Assembly: GCF_018350175.1 (NCBI RefSeq)
Contig: NC_058373.1
Location: 115,260,001-115,324,000, forward strand
Source of the DNA: Felis catus
Taxonomy: Eukaryota
Reading direction: 5' to 3'
Length of the DNA: 64,000 nt
The notes under the pieces are model-generated. The model was not told the DNA's origin. It made no database searches and worked only from the letters and a program-made list of their open reading frames with translations. The position numbers and the translations under genes are program-made. Shown piece by piece: positions 22,561 to 35,219 of this stretch. Positions within the stretch are counted from its first letter, which is position 1. Each line of letters starts with the position of its first letter.

Positions 22561-23782
22561 GCCTTCCCTGCTTCTTCCAGTTTCTGTACCTCTGCACCCT
22601 TCCTGGATGTCACTTATACTCCCTCCCCCCACCCCCCCTTAACACTTGGCTGCCTCTGGGACAAGAGGGCCATTTCTGTCCTTTACTGCCCACAGAGCAT
22701 GTGCCACAAACATTCTGTCTCTGGGGACCCGTCCACGGCCAGCACTGATCCAGGCCAGGTCCTTCTTGTTCTCTGTTCAGTCTCTGATGCCTCGATTCTC
22801 ATTCGGGGAAGACGCCCTCCCCATGCCCAGCGGGTCCCCTCCATCTGCCCCCAAACCCATGTAGTGAGACTGTCGGGTGTTGCATTTCCTTCCCGGACAT
22901 AGGTAGCCTATCTCAAGGCGCTGTGGGACAAGGTAGGGGCAGGTGTGCTGCTGGCTTCCAGAAGGAGATAAGTCCCTGGATCTTCTCCTGGAAGCTGACA
23001 GGTGCCTGCAGAAGCCCTTATCTTATTTCCAAACCCGGACAGAACAGGTGCGAGGGGGTAGAGCCTGCTGGGATGGTGAGGGGCTCTCAAGAAGCCTGGG
23101 GGGCTTTTTTCCTAAAAGGCAGCTCTCAGGGAATCCTGGCTGAGGAGATTTGTTTGTGCTCCGATGTCCCAGCCAGCAGCCTCAGTGGCCTCGTTGCTTG
23201 GGCAACTTGCTGAGAAGGAAGCAGGAATGCACAGGCTTTCCTTTTTGATTTCCAGACCGCTCTACTTTTGCTCTGTGCCTGTGTGTCTCTGGCTGGGAGC
23301 CAGGCTCTGGGCCCGGAAGTAGAAAGAGGCAAGCACCTGAGGCCAACACCTCAGGCGCCTCCTGAGCCTTCCTCCCCCATCCTAGCGCAGGTGTGGGACA
23401 AAGGAGCAGTCCTCTGAAGAACAATCACCTCTTCTGGGTTGGAACCCACGGCGGGGGAGGGGGGGGGGTGGCGGGGGGGGGGGGTCTCGTAGTTTCTTAT
23501 TTGCTGAAAGAGGAGATTAGGCTTTTTGTGTGGGACTGCAGAGGGCAGACCAGGGACCAGGGTGTGAAGGGCTGGAGGCTGGGGGGCGGGGAGCAGATTT
23601 GGGTTTGGAATGAGGAACCACCTAAAAATGAGCTGTCTCCAACAATGGCCCCTGGGGCCTCTGGAATCCTGCATAGACAAAGGCTAGGTGACCAGATCCA
23701 CACCTTTTCCACCACCTGCGTGAGAAAGCTGCTTCCTGGGGTTGAGAGGCGCTGAATACCGCGACCCTGGGCCACAGAACCG

Positions 23783-24283
23783 TGAGGCTGAATGAGAACT
23801 TGAGAACTTCAACTACCTCCATTCTGGCCTCAAACTTTCTAACTGATCAAGTTCTTCTTTCCAGGTTATCTCTTAACTCAGACAAAAGACCCTGAGGGCC
23901 AAACATCCCCTGAAGGGAACTGAAACCACCCCCTTTGAAACTACCCCCTTGAGAGCGATAAAGGGCTGCCTAGAGCCAGCAAGACCCCGTATAACTGACC
24001 CCAAGGCAATGACTGACCTGATTATCCTGCATCTACCCATCGGGCCTCGCCCAACGTTTTCCTAGAGAAACCTGAAAGTATTTTTGGCCCTTTGGAGACA
24101 GTTTTGAGATGCCAGTGCCCTGTCTTCCCAGCGCTGGCCTCGCTGAAATAAATTCCTTTCTTGTTTTACCACCACTCATGGTGGTGGTAAAGCCTTTGGG
24201 TTTTGTCAGTGGCCAGTGGCCAAACCTGGCCTGTGTGGGACCCCTGGAGCCAGGTGCTTTTGCACCCCTGCGCCCCAGCTACA
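23783..24283 (+). mobile_element. Solo LTR-like element (ERV1-like)
   Basis: TG...CA ends, ~500 bp, AATAAA at ~24148 followed by a U5-like tail; TSD not clean. Confidence 0.55.
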
Positions 24284-24726
24284 AAGCCCCTTTCCCTCTG
24301 TGAGTCTCTGATAGTAACGATTTCCTGATGTTTGAGTTAATCTGGTCTCAAGGGGAGGGCAGGCATAATGTTGGGTACTGGAGGCTGATGGGGTGTGTGT
24401 GTGCAATTTGGATTGGGTGTACCTGGAGGGTCAGGAGCAGCCCGAAAGACGGTTGCTTTCTCTCCCTGGAGCTGATCGGAAGAGGCCCCCTAACAGAGTA
24501 CTAGGGGAGAATGATTGATCATCAACTAAATGCCAGGTACTGTATGAGTATAAAAAACTCTATGTTCCTTTCCTCAGGGACTTTATAGTCCATATGGGAC
24601 CATGGGTGGTAACAATGCAAAGGAGAAGCACTAGAAGGTTGAGTTCATGCAGGAGTTCAATGTGCAGTTGTGCAGGCTGTGCACTGCACAAGACTAGGAT
24701 TATCACCCACATAGACATCCTGAGTA

Positions 24727-25341
24727 ATAAGAAGAAAACCACAGGCCCAAAATGTCACTTGGGCCAGGCCAAGTCACCAAAGCGGGACTTCCTACCTAAC
24801 CTAATTGCAGTTTTCAACCTCCCCCAGAAATGTAGTCTTAAATGATCAGTCAGAAATTTTCTGGTAAGCATCAATGAGGTAATCTGTCACATGGGCCTTC
24901 TACATCTCCCCATAGCCCCTAAAGGAAAAGGAAGAGATCTGCATAATGAGATCCCAGTGCCCTTTCCCTGAGGGAAAGGTAATCTTGCCTGAAACAATCC
25001 TTTCTTTTCTTTTGCTAATAACTTCCCTGCCTCACCTCCTTCCAATAAAAACCTTCCATTTTATACAAGTTCTCTGCTTGCTACATGGAGCAAGTAGAGA
25101 ATCACTTAATAAACCCAATTAGATCTTCCAATCATTTTTAAAGTTTATTTATTTTGAGACAGAGAGAAAGAGAGAGAGAGGCAGAGCAAGAATCCCAGGC
25201 AGGCTCTGCACGGTCAGTGTAGAGCCCAACGTGGGGCTCGAACTCACAAACCAGGAGATCATGTCCTGAGCTGAAGTCAGACGCTTAACTGACTAAGCCA
25301 CCTAAGCGCCCAATATTCTTTTTTTTTTTTTTTTTTTAACA
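24727..25341 (+). mobile_element. MER34-like solo LTR with nested SINE
   Basis: Motifs CCCAAAATGTCACTT, CAAGTCACCAAA, AATAAAAACCTTCCATTTT, AATAAACCCAATTAGATCTTC and terminal TTTTAACA, recalled from the MER34 family. Confidence 0.6.
25135..25312 (-). mobile_element. CanSINE nested in LTR
   Basis: Typical body and tail. Confidence 0.88.
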
Positions 25342-25997
25342 TGTGCAACCATACTTGGGACACTGAAGCCCCCCCCCAAAAATATATATATATTATTTTT
25401 TACACAGTTGTCTGATGTCCAAGGGGGGTGAGGCATAATCAATCAGTATCTGTTAAAAGATCTGTTAAAAGCAACCCAGAGTCTGGACATGTATCTATTG
25501 ATCAGGTTGTGCACATAGAAAGAACAAGAGCTCCCCTTAACACTGTAAACTGGACACTAATTCACCAGCTCCTCACCTCTTCTCAGAAACCCGAGGTTCT
25601 ACCTCCTACTGTGGACTTTTCCCTTTGGGAAAACACACTTTCTTGCCCTGGCTATGCCCTCCCTCCCCGCTCTTCACCCACCCCCTCCCATCCAGTCTGT
25701 TTGCCCCCAACAAAGTGCCTTTGCACGGAAAAGGAAAAAAATCTCGTCTAGGAAGCTGACAACCTTTTCTCCATGTCTTCTTTGAACCTATTCTGATGCC
25801 ATAAAATTTGGGGGACAGAAGGATTTTTTGTGTTACATTAATGATAGCCAGAAGTCACTGTGCACGTGAGGTACTGTCACTACCCTTTCACGGATTAGGA
25901 AAGTCAGGCTCAGAGAGGTTAAGCAATCAGCCCAGTTTGCATTGCTGTGAGTGGGATGCGTGTGCCCACCCAGGTTTGAGAGTCTGAGTGTTCATAG

Positions 25998-26848
25998 CGT
26001 GAGAAGTGAGGGAGATGATTCCTTTTTCAGAAATACCAAATAACGAGAAGGAAAGCTGGTAAAAGCAGATAAAAGGGGCCAGCCAGAGGTCCCAGGCCAG
26101 ATACTCCCCTTGCATGCTTTTGGCTTCTGTAATCTTGTTTGCCTCCTGCATCTGCCGCTGCCCGCGTAGCACAACCAATAAGTGCCCCCACCTTTTTCTT
26201 TCTTTCTTTTTCCTTCCCTCAAGCCCCTGCAATCCCACCCATAGAAAGAGGCTGACACCAGGGCTCAGGGCTCAGTCTTTGGAGGTGACTCTGCTGGGCC
26301 CGCACTGGTGCGAAATAAACGGTCGTTCTTGATTCCTCAAGTGCATGTCACTTGTCTCTTTCTGGGCACCAAGTATTTGCTGTTACAGTAAAAGCTGTGC
26401 TGTCTAGTTAACAGCAGGTTTCCATCCTACTGGAAATATGTATGAACACCCCTCAGCCCCTCAATGGAGTCCCAAACCTTTAGACACTTCACTTCCTGGA
26501 TCTTCCCCTCTCCCTTTGTGGGCTTATTTTCACGGGCTTTGCAAGAAGCATGTGCCAAAGAACAAAGGAGGGACTGAAAGTCTCTGTGTCACCTTAGACT
26601 ACTTTTTGTTCTATTCAGACTAGTTTTTGCCTTACATGGGCATAGGCACTTCCGGGTAAGGCTGTAACCTCTGTAGTACTCAGCCAATGAGGAAGCAGGG
26701 GAGGGACTTGCCTGCTAGGAGATAAATTGTCTGCTGTAACTGCCCAGAGTGTGCCTGTCCATCAGACAAGAACGTTGATTAAAGCCTCGCTTCACTGTGC
26801 TCCGAGTCTCCACGTCCCTCCTTTGGGTCAGTGGGCTTGTTTTTCGCA
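25998..26848 (+). mobile_element. Solo LTR (same family as 34688-35205) split by a nested LTR
   Basis: Aligns end-to-end with 34688-35205 once 26044-26387 is removed; flanks ATAG/ATGG (4-bp TSD, 1 mismatch). Confidence 0.85.
26044..26387 (+). mobile_element. Nested solo LTR (344 bp)
   Basis: Absent from the sister LTR copy; ends TGTTACA; AATAAA at ~26314; flanks ATAA/GTAA. Confidence 0.7.
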
Positions 26849-27479
26849 ATGGCAGTCTGGCTCTGTGCCCCTAACTGCTGTGCTGTGTTGTGCTGTCACA
26901 TTCCTCGTTGCACCTCTGCTTTTTGCCTTGCTTTCTGAGGTCTCAAAGCTTTGAAGGGAAGAGCTCTCGTGATGGCATAGATTTTCCAAACGGGACTGGA
27001 CCAGTTCTTTCACAGGCCGGATACAGCAAGTAGCACAGCATCAGAACAATTTCACAGGGGTAGGGGGAGCCCAGTGAATTTCCTTAAGGGGCACTGTAGC
27101 TCAGCTCTTAGCAAAACAGAGCCATTTCCCCATATTCTGATGTGGCATCAAAACCCTTCAATCAGCCATTGCCTTTGGCCCCAAAATCTGACTTGTAGAA
27201 AATTATCCTGCAGAAACATTTGTTTGAGTGCACAAAGGATATAGGTAAAGGATTTTCACTGCAGCATTGCTTGGAGCAGTGAAATATTGGAAACAACCTT
27301 ACTGTCTTTTAGTAAGGGATTGGTGATGATGCATTTGAAAGAGCGTAGCCATTAAAAATGTAGTAGTGACTTACGATATGAAAGTGGTTTTAGAAATCAG
27401 CATTTCCCTCTCTTTTCTTGGAAATCATTCAAAAGGAACAACAACAAAAAAAAAGGAGGGAAAACCCCACAGACGATAT

Positions 27480-27594
27480 TTTTGTTTGTTTTCTTAAGTT
27501 TTTCATTTATTCATTTATTTAATTTCTACACCCATCCTGGGGCTTGAGATCAAGAGTTGCATGCACTTCTGACTGAGCCACCCAGGCGCCCCCC
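27480..27594 (-). mobile_element. Short CanSINE
   Basis: TSD cagacgatattttt / cagacaatattttt. Confidence 0.85.
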
Positions 27595-27929
27595 AGACAA
27601 TATTTTTTAATGAAAGTAGGGGACAAATACAATTTGCAGACTCCAAAATACATGAAAAGGCCACCCAAGTGCCCGACAGCAGGCAGAAGTCACAGAGGAG
27701 AATGTGAAGAGAAGAGGGACGGAGAGTGACAAACAGGAGGGCTCAAAGGAGACAGATATGAGAAAGTTCCAGAACTATCTGTGCCCTCTGAACGTGAAGA
27801 AGGCAATTTCCAGTGCCAAAGTGGTATCCCTTCTTTGTAACAGCAGTTAGGGGAATTGGGTGAACAGGGGTGACCGCAGAAGACATTTTAGATCCCAGTT
27901 AGCTTCCTTTAACCGGTCGAAGTGGGCGT

Positions 27930-28410
27930 TCACATTCTCCATTACTGGGTAACCAACCACCTCCCAACTTAGTGCCTTAACACACCAACTTACGGTCTTT
28001 CACAATTCTGGGACGGCAGTCTCAACTGGCAGTGTTTGCTTGGGGTCCCGTGTACAGCTGTTACCAGAGGGCGGCCAAGGGTGAGCCACCTGAGCCTTCT
28101 TCACTCACACGCTCACTGCCTCAGTTTGCCTCGGCCCTCTCCTTCCAAGTGGCCAGGCCGGGTCTCCTCAGAGCTTGGTGGTCTCAGCATAGCCTGCCTT
28201 CTTAACAGGGGAGCTGCCTTCCGCCGGAGCAATTGCTTCGAGTGGCCTGAGTCCAAGCAACAGGGTGTCTTACGACCCAGTGTGGAAGCCCCATGATGTC
28301 ACTTTCACCACAGTCTATTTAGCAGGCAACTTGCTAGACGTCTCAGATTCGAGGGACAGGGGGAATCAGGATCACAGAAGACTATACGAAGCAGCGTATG
28401 GGTGAACAGC
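27930..28410 (-). mobile_element. MaLR (MLT1-like) LTR remnant
   Basis: Motifs GTAACCAACCACCTCCCAACTTAGTGCCTTAA, TCACAATTCTG, GTCACTTTCACCACAGTCTATT typical of antisense MLT1. Confidence 0.6.
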
Positions 28411-28677
28411 AATTCTAGAAAGCCGCCTGTGTCTGTAGCTGCTGGTGGTGGGGAAAGCCAGCCCGTCTGGAAGGCTACCCTGGCCTCCTCCGCAGGAGCC
28501 TCAAGCAGATAATGAGCCCGTTCAATGACGAGTCATACACAGCAACGAATTAAATCCACTATAAAAGAAAAGAGGAAAAAAGTAGCAAAAATTTCAACTG
28601 AAGAATACTCATCAGGAAAACCCTGCCATAGAGCAGATGAAAGCTATCCGAACGTTGTGCTGTTTGCTTAAAAAAAT

Positions 28678-28867
28678 CTTTTTAATGTTTACTTATTTTT
28701 GAGAGAGAGAGAGCAGGGGAGGGGCAGAGAGAGAGGCGGACAGAGGATCAGAAGCGGGTACTATGCCGACAGCAGAGAGCCTGACACAGGGCTCAAATTC
28801 ATGAACCACAAGATCGTGACCTGAGCTGAAGTCAGATGCTTAACCGACTGAGCCACCCGGGCGCCCC
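28678..28867 (-). mobile_element. CanSINE
   Basis: TSD aacgttgtgctgtt / aacattgtgctgtt. Confidence 0.9.
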
Positions 28868-29724
28868 TGCAAACATTGTGCTGTTGAATTCTGAAAAGGG
28901 AATCTAGTCATTGCTTCTATGAAAGAAAACCACAAAATAGAAACACAAGAACACAAATAATTGTTTTGAGTCACAATTCTGGAATCCTTAACATAACAGT
29001 TGATTCAGGTAAGAATTCTCGATAGATGCTGAAGCCTTTGAGGAAAAGGTAATTGGGGAACGAGACGTTCATATGGTGATAAAATATCACCATACAGATT
29101 AGTAATTATAGAGGGGAGATATGTACCTTTACTTTGGGGAAGCTTGGTAGTTACCCACCTTAACCAAGTGATCAAACTGGATTACTAATAATGAGACAAC
29201 CTGATATCATATGCCTCCTGATGGAATAAATATGAAATGAATATGAAATAATTAGAGCCAAATACGTTTATTATGAATGTTAAATCTTTAGACCTAGCTG
29301 GTAGTTTATTGAAAATATAAGTGTTACAAAACAAATGAAATATAAAGAACAAACAAGACAAATCTAGACAATGGGGCACTAGAATATGGATGTGTTTTTG
29401 AAAAAGTAAGTACAACAAAAGTTAGGGGACTGTTCTACATTAAAAGAGAATAAAGAGACATAACAACCAAATGCAATGTATGATTGGATACTGCTTTAAA
29501 AATATGTGAGGACGTTTTAGGGGACAATTGAGGAAATTTTAATATGGACTATATATTAGGTGATATAATGGAATTATTGTTAAACTCATATTGTGGTTAT
29601 ATAGAAGAATGTCCTCATTTTAGGAAATGCAGGCTGACGTTTTTGCGGATAAAGTGTCATGATGCCTGCGGGCTTATTCCGAAGTGGTTTGGAAAAATGT
29701 GCGTATTGTGTGTGTGTGTGTGTG

Positions 29725-30067
29725 TATAGTGAAAAGGCGGGCCTACGCCAGCCGACTCCATCTTGTTCTGTGTCCTTCACCTTGACCACGCCTCCTCCCG
29801 TTGAGTAACCTCCCGCTCACCTGCCTAACAGGACTCGGACCCTTCCCCAGCCAATCGGCTGAGGACACAGCCATTACCTCACCAACTGCCCCTAGGCCCC
29901 AATAAAACCTTTGTCCTTTTGAAACTCACTCTCTCCCTGGTATCTCACCGCTGTGTCGGTGCAGGTAGGGGATTGAGCTCGAGCTAGCTCGAATAAAGGC
30001 TCTTTTGCTTTTACATTGGACTCGGCTCCCTGGCGGTATTTGGGGATCACGAATTCTGGGCATAACA
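29725..30067 (+). mobile_element. Young feline ERV1-type solo LTR
   Basis: CpG-rich ~340 bp; GACTCCATCTT, CCAAT box (~29852), TATA-like AATAAAA (~29901), poly(A) signal AATAAA (~29992), end GGGCATAACA; inserted beside a (TG)n run. Confidence 0.85.
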
Positions 30068-30258
30068 TATAGAGAGAGCCAAAGCAGATACGGCACAATG
30101 ATAACAACCAGTGAATCTCTGTGGAGAGTCTGTGGATGCTCGCAAGGGGGAAAAAGTGTTACCAAAGGATTTTATATCCAACCAAATTACCCTTCAACTA
30201 TAAAGACTACAGATAGTCTTGAACATGAAAAAATTCAGAGAATATTGATTCTATGAAC

Positions 30259-30466
30259 TTTCTTTTTTTTTTTTTTTTTTAAGTTTATTTATTTGAGAGA
30301 GACAGAGCACAAACAGGGTGGGGCAGAGAGAGGAGGAGAGACAGAATCCCAAGCAGGCTCTGCACTGTCAGCACAGAGCCCGACCTGGGGCTTGAACTCG
30401 TGAACCGTGAGATCATGACCTGAGACGAAGTTGAATGCCCAATGAACTGAGCCATGCAGGTGCCCC
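30259..30466 (-). mobile_element. CanSINE
   Basis: TSD GATTCTATGAAC. Confidence 0.92.
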
Positions 30467-31988
30467 GATTCTATGAACCTTTCTTGGGGATGAATGTCAG
30501 CCAACTCAGGGATAATTGGGGAGATTCTGGAAGGAAGATTGGCAGCCAGCTTTGAACATATTTCCTGTGGACGAAGGCTAACCTTATCCTACACATTCAC
30601 AGTGACTGAAAAGGATAATAATGGTGTGTTCTGACATATAAATCACGAAACCGATATTACATGATATTAGATGATATTACGGAATCATTGTTAAACTAGC
30701 ATTGAAGTTATGTCGAACAATGTTCTCATTTTAGGAAATGCAGGCTGATGTTTTTGCGGACAAAGTCATGATGCCTGCGGGGGTGGAAAGTAGGTGAGAG
30801 GTAAGCTCCGTTTCCTGATTGCTACATTTGCAAGAGCGGAGAGTCAAAAGACATTCCTCAAAACTGACAAAAACTAAAATCCAAACCAAACCAGACCGCC
30901 TCTGAGAAGGATATGAGAGACTAAAATGGGGCAGAAGAGGAGAGGAAAGGAAGAAGAGAAATGTGCTTATTTTTTCATGGTTTATATAGTAAGGTAATTA
31001 ATAATAGAGACCTGGAAGCATTATTTGAACCTGTCGTTATAAAAGGAAAAACTGGAGCAAAAATAAAAACCTGAAATTTGAGAGGAATTACGGCAATGAA
31101 GACAACAGACCTCGGTGAAAGCTTTTTAAAAACCATAAAGTATTATACGATATTGACATGAAAGAAGTAAGGCTAACGCATGACGTATCAATAAATGTTG
31201 AAATGGAGTTAACTCTCCTATGATAAAAAAGGATTCAGACTGTCCCCTAGGCAAGACCTGCCTTTATCCTGTAGCCAAATGACCCATCTAAGACAAAGCA
31301 TTTCCTGAAAGGTCGACAAGGAGTCTACGTATATAGATACAGGAGGCAAATACAAAGAAAACAAAGCACAGGTTGTAATCTTAGCACCGTATAAGGTGAA
31401 GATAAAGAGAAGTACTTTGTTTGCTCAAAGATGCAATTCACATCAAAGACAATGATTATGCATATGTCCCAAGTAACAAAGCCCGATATTCATGAAGCTA
31501 CAATTGTAGGAGATAGAAGTTAAAAACAAAGAAGCCAGCAAGTAGTAGGAGACTTGAATGCATGCCTCTCAGTCAGTTATAGACCATCTAGAAAAAATAA
31601 ATTGGGATATAGAGAACCAAATGTTGCATTTAGAGAAGCAGATTCGGGTTCATAATTTCTTATCCAAAACCTGCCATGACTTTTCGAAGTTATATAGTGC
31701 ATATACTGCATATTAGGTGACGTCCCAGTTGATGGGTGACATCCCCGTTGGGGTATTGATATTCCCAATATTTCCGGTGTTTCTGCCGTGGATCATAGAA
31801 TGGGGTAAGTAAAAACCGTAAATAGCTTCACCAGTTCAGAATAGAATTTGCTGTGAAAGGAACCACAAAACAAGCTTTAGATGGCAGAATATTTTGGGTT
31901 TGGAGACTGCAGAGTTGGGAAAATGAATCTGTATCTAATGTCACACAGGGAAAACTTTTAACCTCTCACTGTCTAAAAAGGAAATGAA

Positions 31989-32224
31989 GGGGGCGCCTGG
32001 GTGGCTCAGTCGGTTAAACGTCCGACTTCAGCTCAGGTCATGATCTCTGGGTCCGCGAGTTCAAGCCCTGCGTCGGGCTCTGGGCTGATGGCTCAGAGCC
32101 TGGAGCCTGCTTCCGATTCTGTGTCTCCCTCTCTCTCCGCCCCTCCCCCGTTCATGCTCTGTCTCTCTCTGTCTCAAAAATAAAACGTTAAAAAAAAAAT
32201 AAAAAATAAATAAAAAAATAAAAA
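31989..32224 (+). mobile_element. Young feline SINEC_Fc-type element
   Basis: TSD AAAAAGGAAATGAAGG; CpG-intact. Confidence 0.95.
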
Positions 32225-33318
32225 GGAAATGAAGGATCTTGGAAGTGCCTGTCACTGGGGCTGGGTGGGTGGAAGAGGTTCAAGCAGAGATGACTTTCTC
32301 AGGGGACTCAAACATCAATAATCAACATAACCTGAGACTCTAGGGTTAAGACGACTTGGAAGGATATAGGTTAGCAAAGGGGGGATGAATGAAAGGAGCT
32401 CACACAATCCTAAGCATTGTCTGTTACGTGTTTGTTGAGATTAAAGCAAAGTGGGACCATCCAATGTTCTCGCTACTAAATCAGCAAGGATGACAAACAC
32501 TCTCTTTCCCATACTAAATGCACGATAAAGTCACAATAAATACACAATAAATACAAAATGTGCTAAAACATAGGATAACAAGTGGGCATTGGCACATTGG
32601 CTGGAGCTTCCTGGGGCCAGAGACGGTAACCCCACCCCAGGAGTCCTTCTGGACTCTTTCTGTTCCATAGGACACATTTGTCAATGTCTGAATGGAATAG
32701 TGCATAGCTGGAGGGCTCAGCAGGTTTGCAGGTGGTCCCCGTGAGACTGATAACAGAGACCTTGGCCCGTCTCTGAGAGCTGACAGGTCAGCTAGATGCT
32801 GAGCGGATGTGGTGTGGGCAGAGGGCATTGGGCCTTTGGCGGGCCATGATTGGCCGACCTGATAATGGTGAGCTAGCACTCAGAGCTGGGGAGATAGCTC
32901 CCAGGGTCTCCCAACCTTTCGTGAAGAAGTTCTTCAATTATCCTCCGGAATCACTCAGGCGGTGGTTATTGTCACACTCCTTATGGTTTCTCTACAACTC
33001 AGCCTGGAAAATGAGGAGACTGCTGGGGGGGGGGGGGCGGGGCGGTAAGCCTCACCCCTTAAGCATTTCTCACCTGCTTGTAAATGTGAGCAAATATTCC
33101 ATGGCCAGGAGAGAGCAAAGTGCATGGGAGACTAAAGTCCCGGAGGGCAGACAGCTGAAAGACTCATAGGGTCAGGAGTCCTTTATAGCATCGATTTCTT
33201 TTTGGCTTCAACAAAATTACACAAGTCACACAGGTGTATTTTAGAGTAGGCAGAAAATAAAGATAAGCACAAAGAAGAAAACAAAAATCTCACCACCTAG
33301 AGATAAGCATGGTTAATA

Positions 33319-34169
33319 GTTTATTTTATTAAAAAACATTTTTTAAAATTTACATCCAAATTAGTTAGTATATAGTGAAGCAATGATTTCAGGAGTAGAT
33401 TCCTTAATGGCCCTTACCCATTTAGCCCATCCCCCCTCCCATCACCCCTCTAGTAACCCTCAGTTTGTTCTCTATATTTATGAGTCTCTTCTGTTTTGTC
33501 CCCCTCCCTGTTTTTATATTATTTTTGTTTCCCTTCCCTTATGTTCATCTGTTTTTTTCTCTTAAAGCTCTCATATGAGTGAAGTCATATGATTTTTGTC
33601 TTTCTCTGACTGGCTAATTTCACTTAGCATAATACCCTGCAGTTCCATCTACGTAGTTGCAAATGGCAATATTTCATTCTTTTTGATTGCTGAGTAATAT
33701 TCCATTGTATGTATTTACCACATCTTCTTTATCCATTCATCCATCGATGGACATTTGGGTTCTTTCCATACTTTGGCCATTGTTGATAGTGCTGCTATAA
33801 ACATGGGGGTGCATGTGTCCCTTTGAAACAGCACCCCTGTATCCCATGGATAAATGCCTAGTAGTGCAATTGCTGGGTCGTAGGGTAGTTCTATTTTTAG
33901 TTTTTTGAGGAACCTTCATACTATTTTCCAGAGAGGCTGCACCCAGTCTGCATTCCCAGCAACAGTGCAAAAGAGATCCTCTTTCTCCGCATCCTCGCCA
34001 ACATCTGTTGTTTCCTGAGTTGTTAATGTTAGCCATTCTGACAGGTGTGAGGTGGTATCTCATTGTGGTTTTGATTTGTAGTTCCCTGATGATGAGTGAT
34101 GTTGAGCATTTTTTCATGTGTTGGTTGGCCATCTGATGTCTTCTTTGGAGAAGTGTCTATTCGTGTCTT
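33319..34169 (-). mobile_element. 5'-truncated carnivore/feline L1 3' end
   Basis: ORF2 C-terminal peptide [50 protein letters not shown]; perfect 15-bp TSD TAAGCATGGTTAATA at 33304-33318 and 34170-34184. Confidence 0.95.
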
Positions 34170-34687
34170 TAAGCATGGTTAATATTTTAAAAGCGCTTTC
34201 CATCTGGGTTCGTAGAGGACCCAAGACTCTGTGGAGGTCCTTCTAAGACTCCACAAATGCTAATTAGAATTTAATCAAGAGGGGTTACAAGACTCCTCCC
34301 GTATAACACCTGCAGGAAGCAAATGCACAGGTGAGCTTGGGTGAGCAATAACCTGGTGCAGACCGCCAGTGTAGGAACATGTGCGCGTCTCTGCCCAGCC
34401 CCTCCTGCTGTCCCTGGGCCTCCATTTGTGCCTGTCGTCCATGTGGCTGGTGGGCAGGCTGGGCCCTGTGGCCCCGCAGGTGTGCCCACGGGCAATCCTA
34501 CGGGAGCCCACACTAAGTCAGCGCCAAGTGCAGTTCAGGATTAAAGGCCCAGAAGGCTCCAGGGCTGCCCTTGCATTCACCTCACGGGGCAATCATGGGC
34601 TGTGCATCGAGAGGGGAATTTGTAACACATGTGACATCATTTATGGATCATTTTAGCGCTGGTCTTTTATTTTTGTTATTGAGGTAT

Positions 34688-35205
34688 TGTGAGAAGTAAG
34701 GGAGATGATTCATTTTCAGAAATACCGAATAAAAGCTGTGCTGTCTGGCTACCAATAGGTTTACAACCTATTGGAAATGTGTTTGAGCCCTTCCCCCCCA
34801 CCACCACAGTGGAGTCCCAAACCCTTAGACACTTCACTTCCTGTTTCTTCTTCCCCTCTCCATTTCACGGGCTTATTTTTCACAGGCTTTGCAATGAGCA
34901 TGCACCAAAGAACTGAAGTCTCTGTGTCACCTCAAGGAATGGACATTTGTTCCAGTCAGAATACTTTTTGCCTTACATGGGCATAGGCACTTCCGGGTAA
35001 GGCAGTGACCTCTGTATTACTCAGCCAATGAGGAAGCAGGGGAGGGACTTGCCCGCTAGGAGATAAATTGTCTGCTGTAACTGCCCCCAGTGTGCCTGCC
35101 CATCAGACACCGGCTCTTGCAAGAACATTGATCAAAGCCTCGCTTCACTGTGCTCCAGTTGTTCGTGTCCCTCCTTTGATTGGGCCAGGGGGCTTATTTC
35201 TCACA
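34688..35205 (+). mobile_element. Intact 518-bp solo LTR (ERV1/gamma-like)
   Basis: 8-bp terminal inverted repeat TGTGAGAA...TTCTCACA, perfect 4-bp TSD GTAT, CCAAT box (~35025), GATAAA TATA-like, ETS-like ACTTCCGG. Confidence 0.9.
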
Positions 35206-35219
35206 GTATGGCAAATATC

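Larger units (their letters stand above)
28960..31620 (+). mobile_element. Old L1 (L1MC/HAL1-like) fragments hosting a young LTR and a SINE
   Basis: A-rich plus strand; L1MC-like 3' UTR motifs (AACCAAGTGATCAAA, ACAACCAAATGCAATG); GGATTTTATATCCAACCAAATT. Confidence 0.55.

Noticed and set aside
22186..22902. 238-aa plus-strand ORF and other ORFs overlapping exon 1
   Set aside because: Antisense or shifted-frame shadows of GC-rich coding and promoter DNA; no recognisable protein.
25998..35205. Two same-family, same-orientation LTRs ~8 kb apart read as a full-length provirus
   Set aside because: Each LTR has its own TSD, and the interval holds old L1/MLT/SINE remnants with no recognisable PBS or gag/pol/env-like frames.
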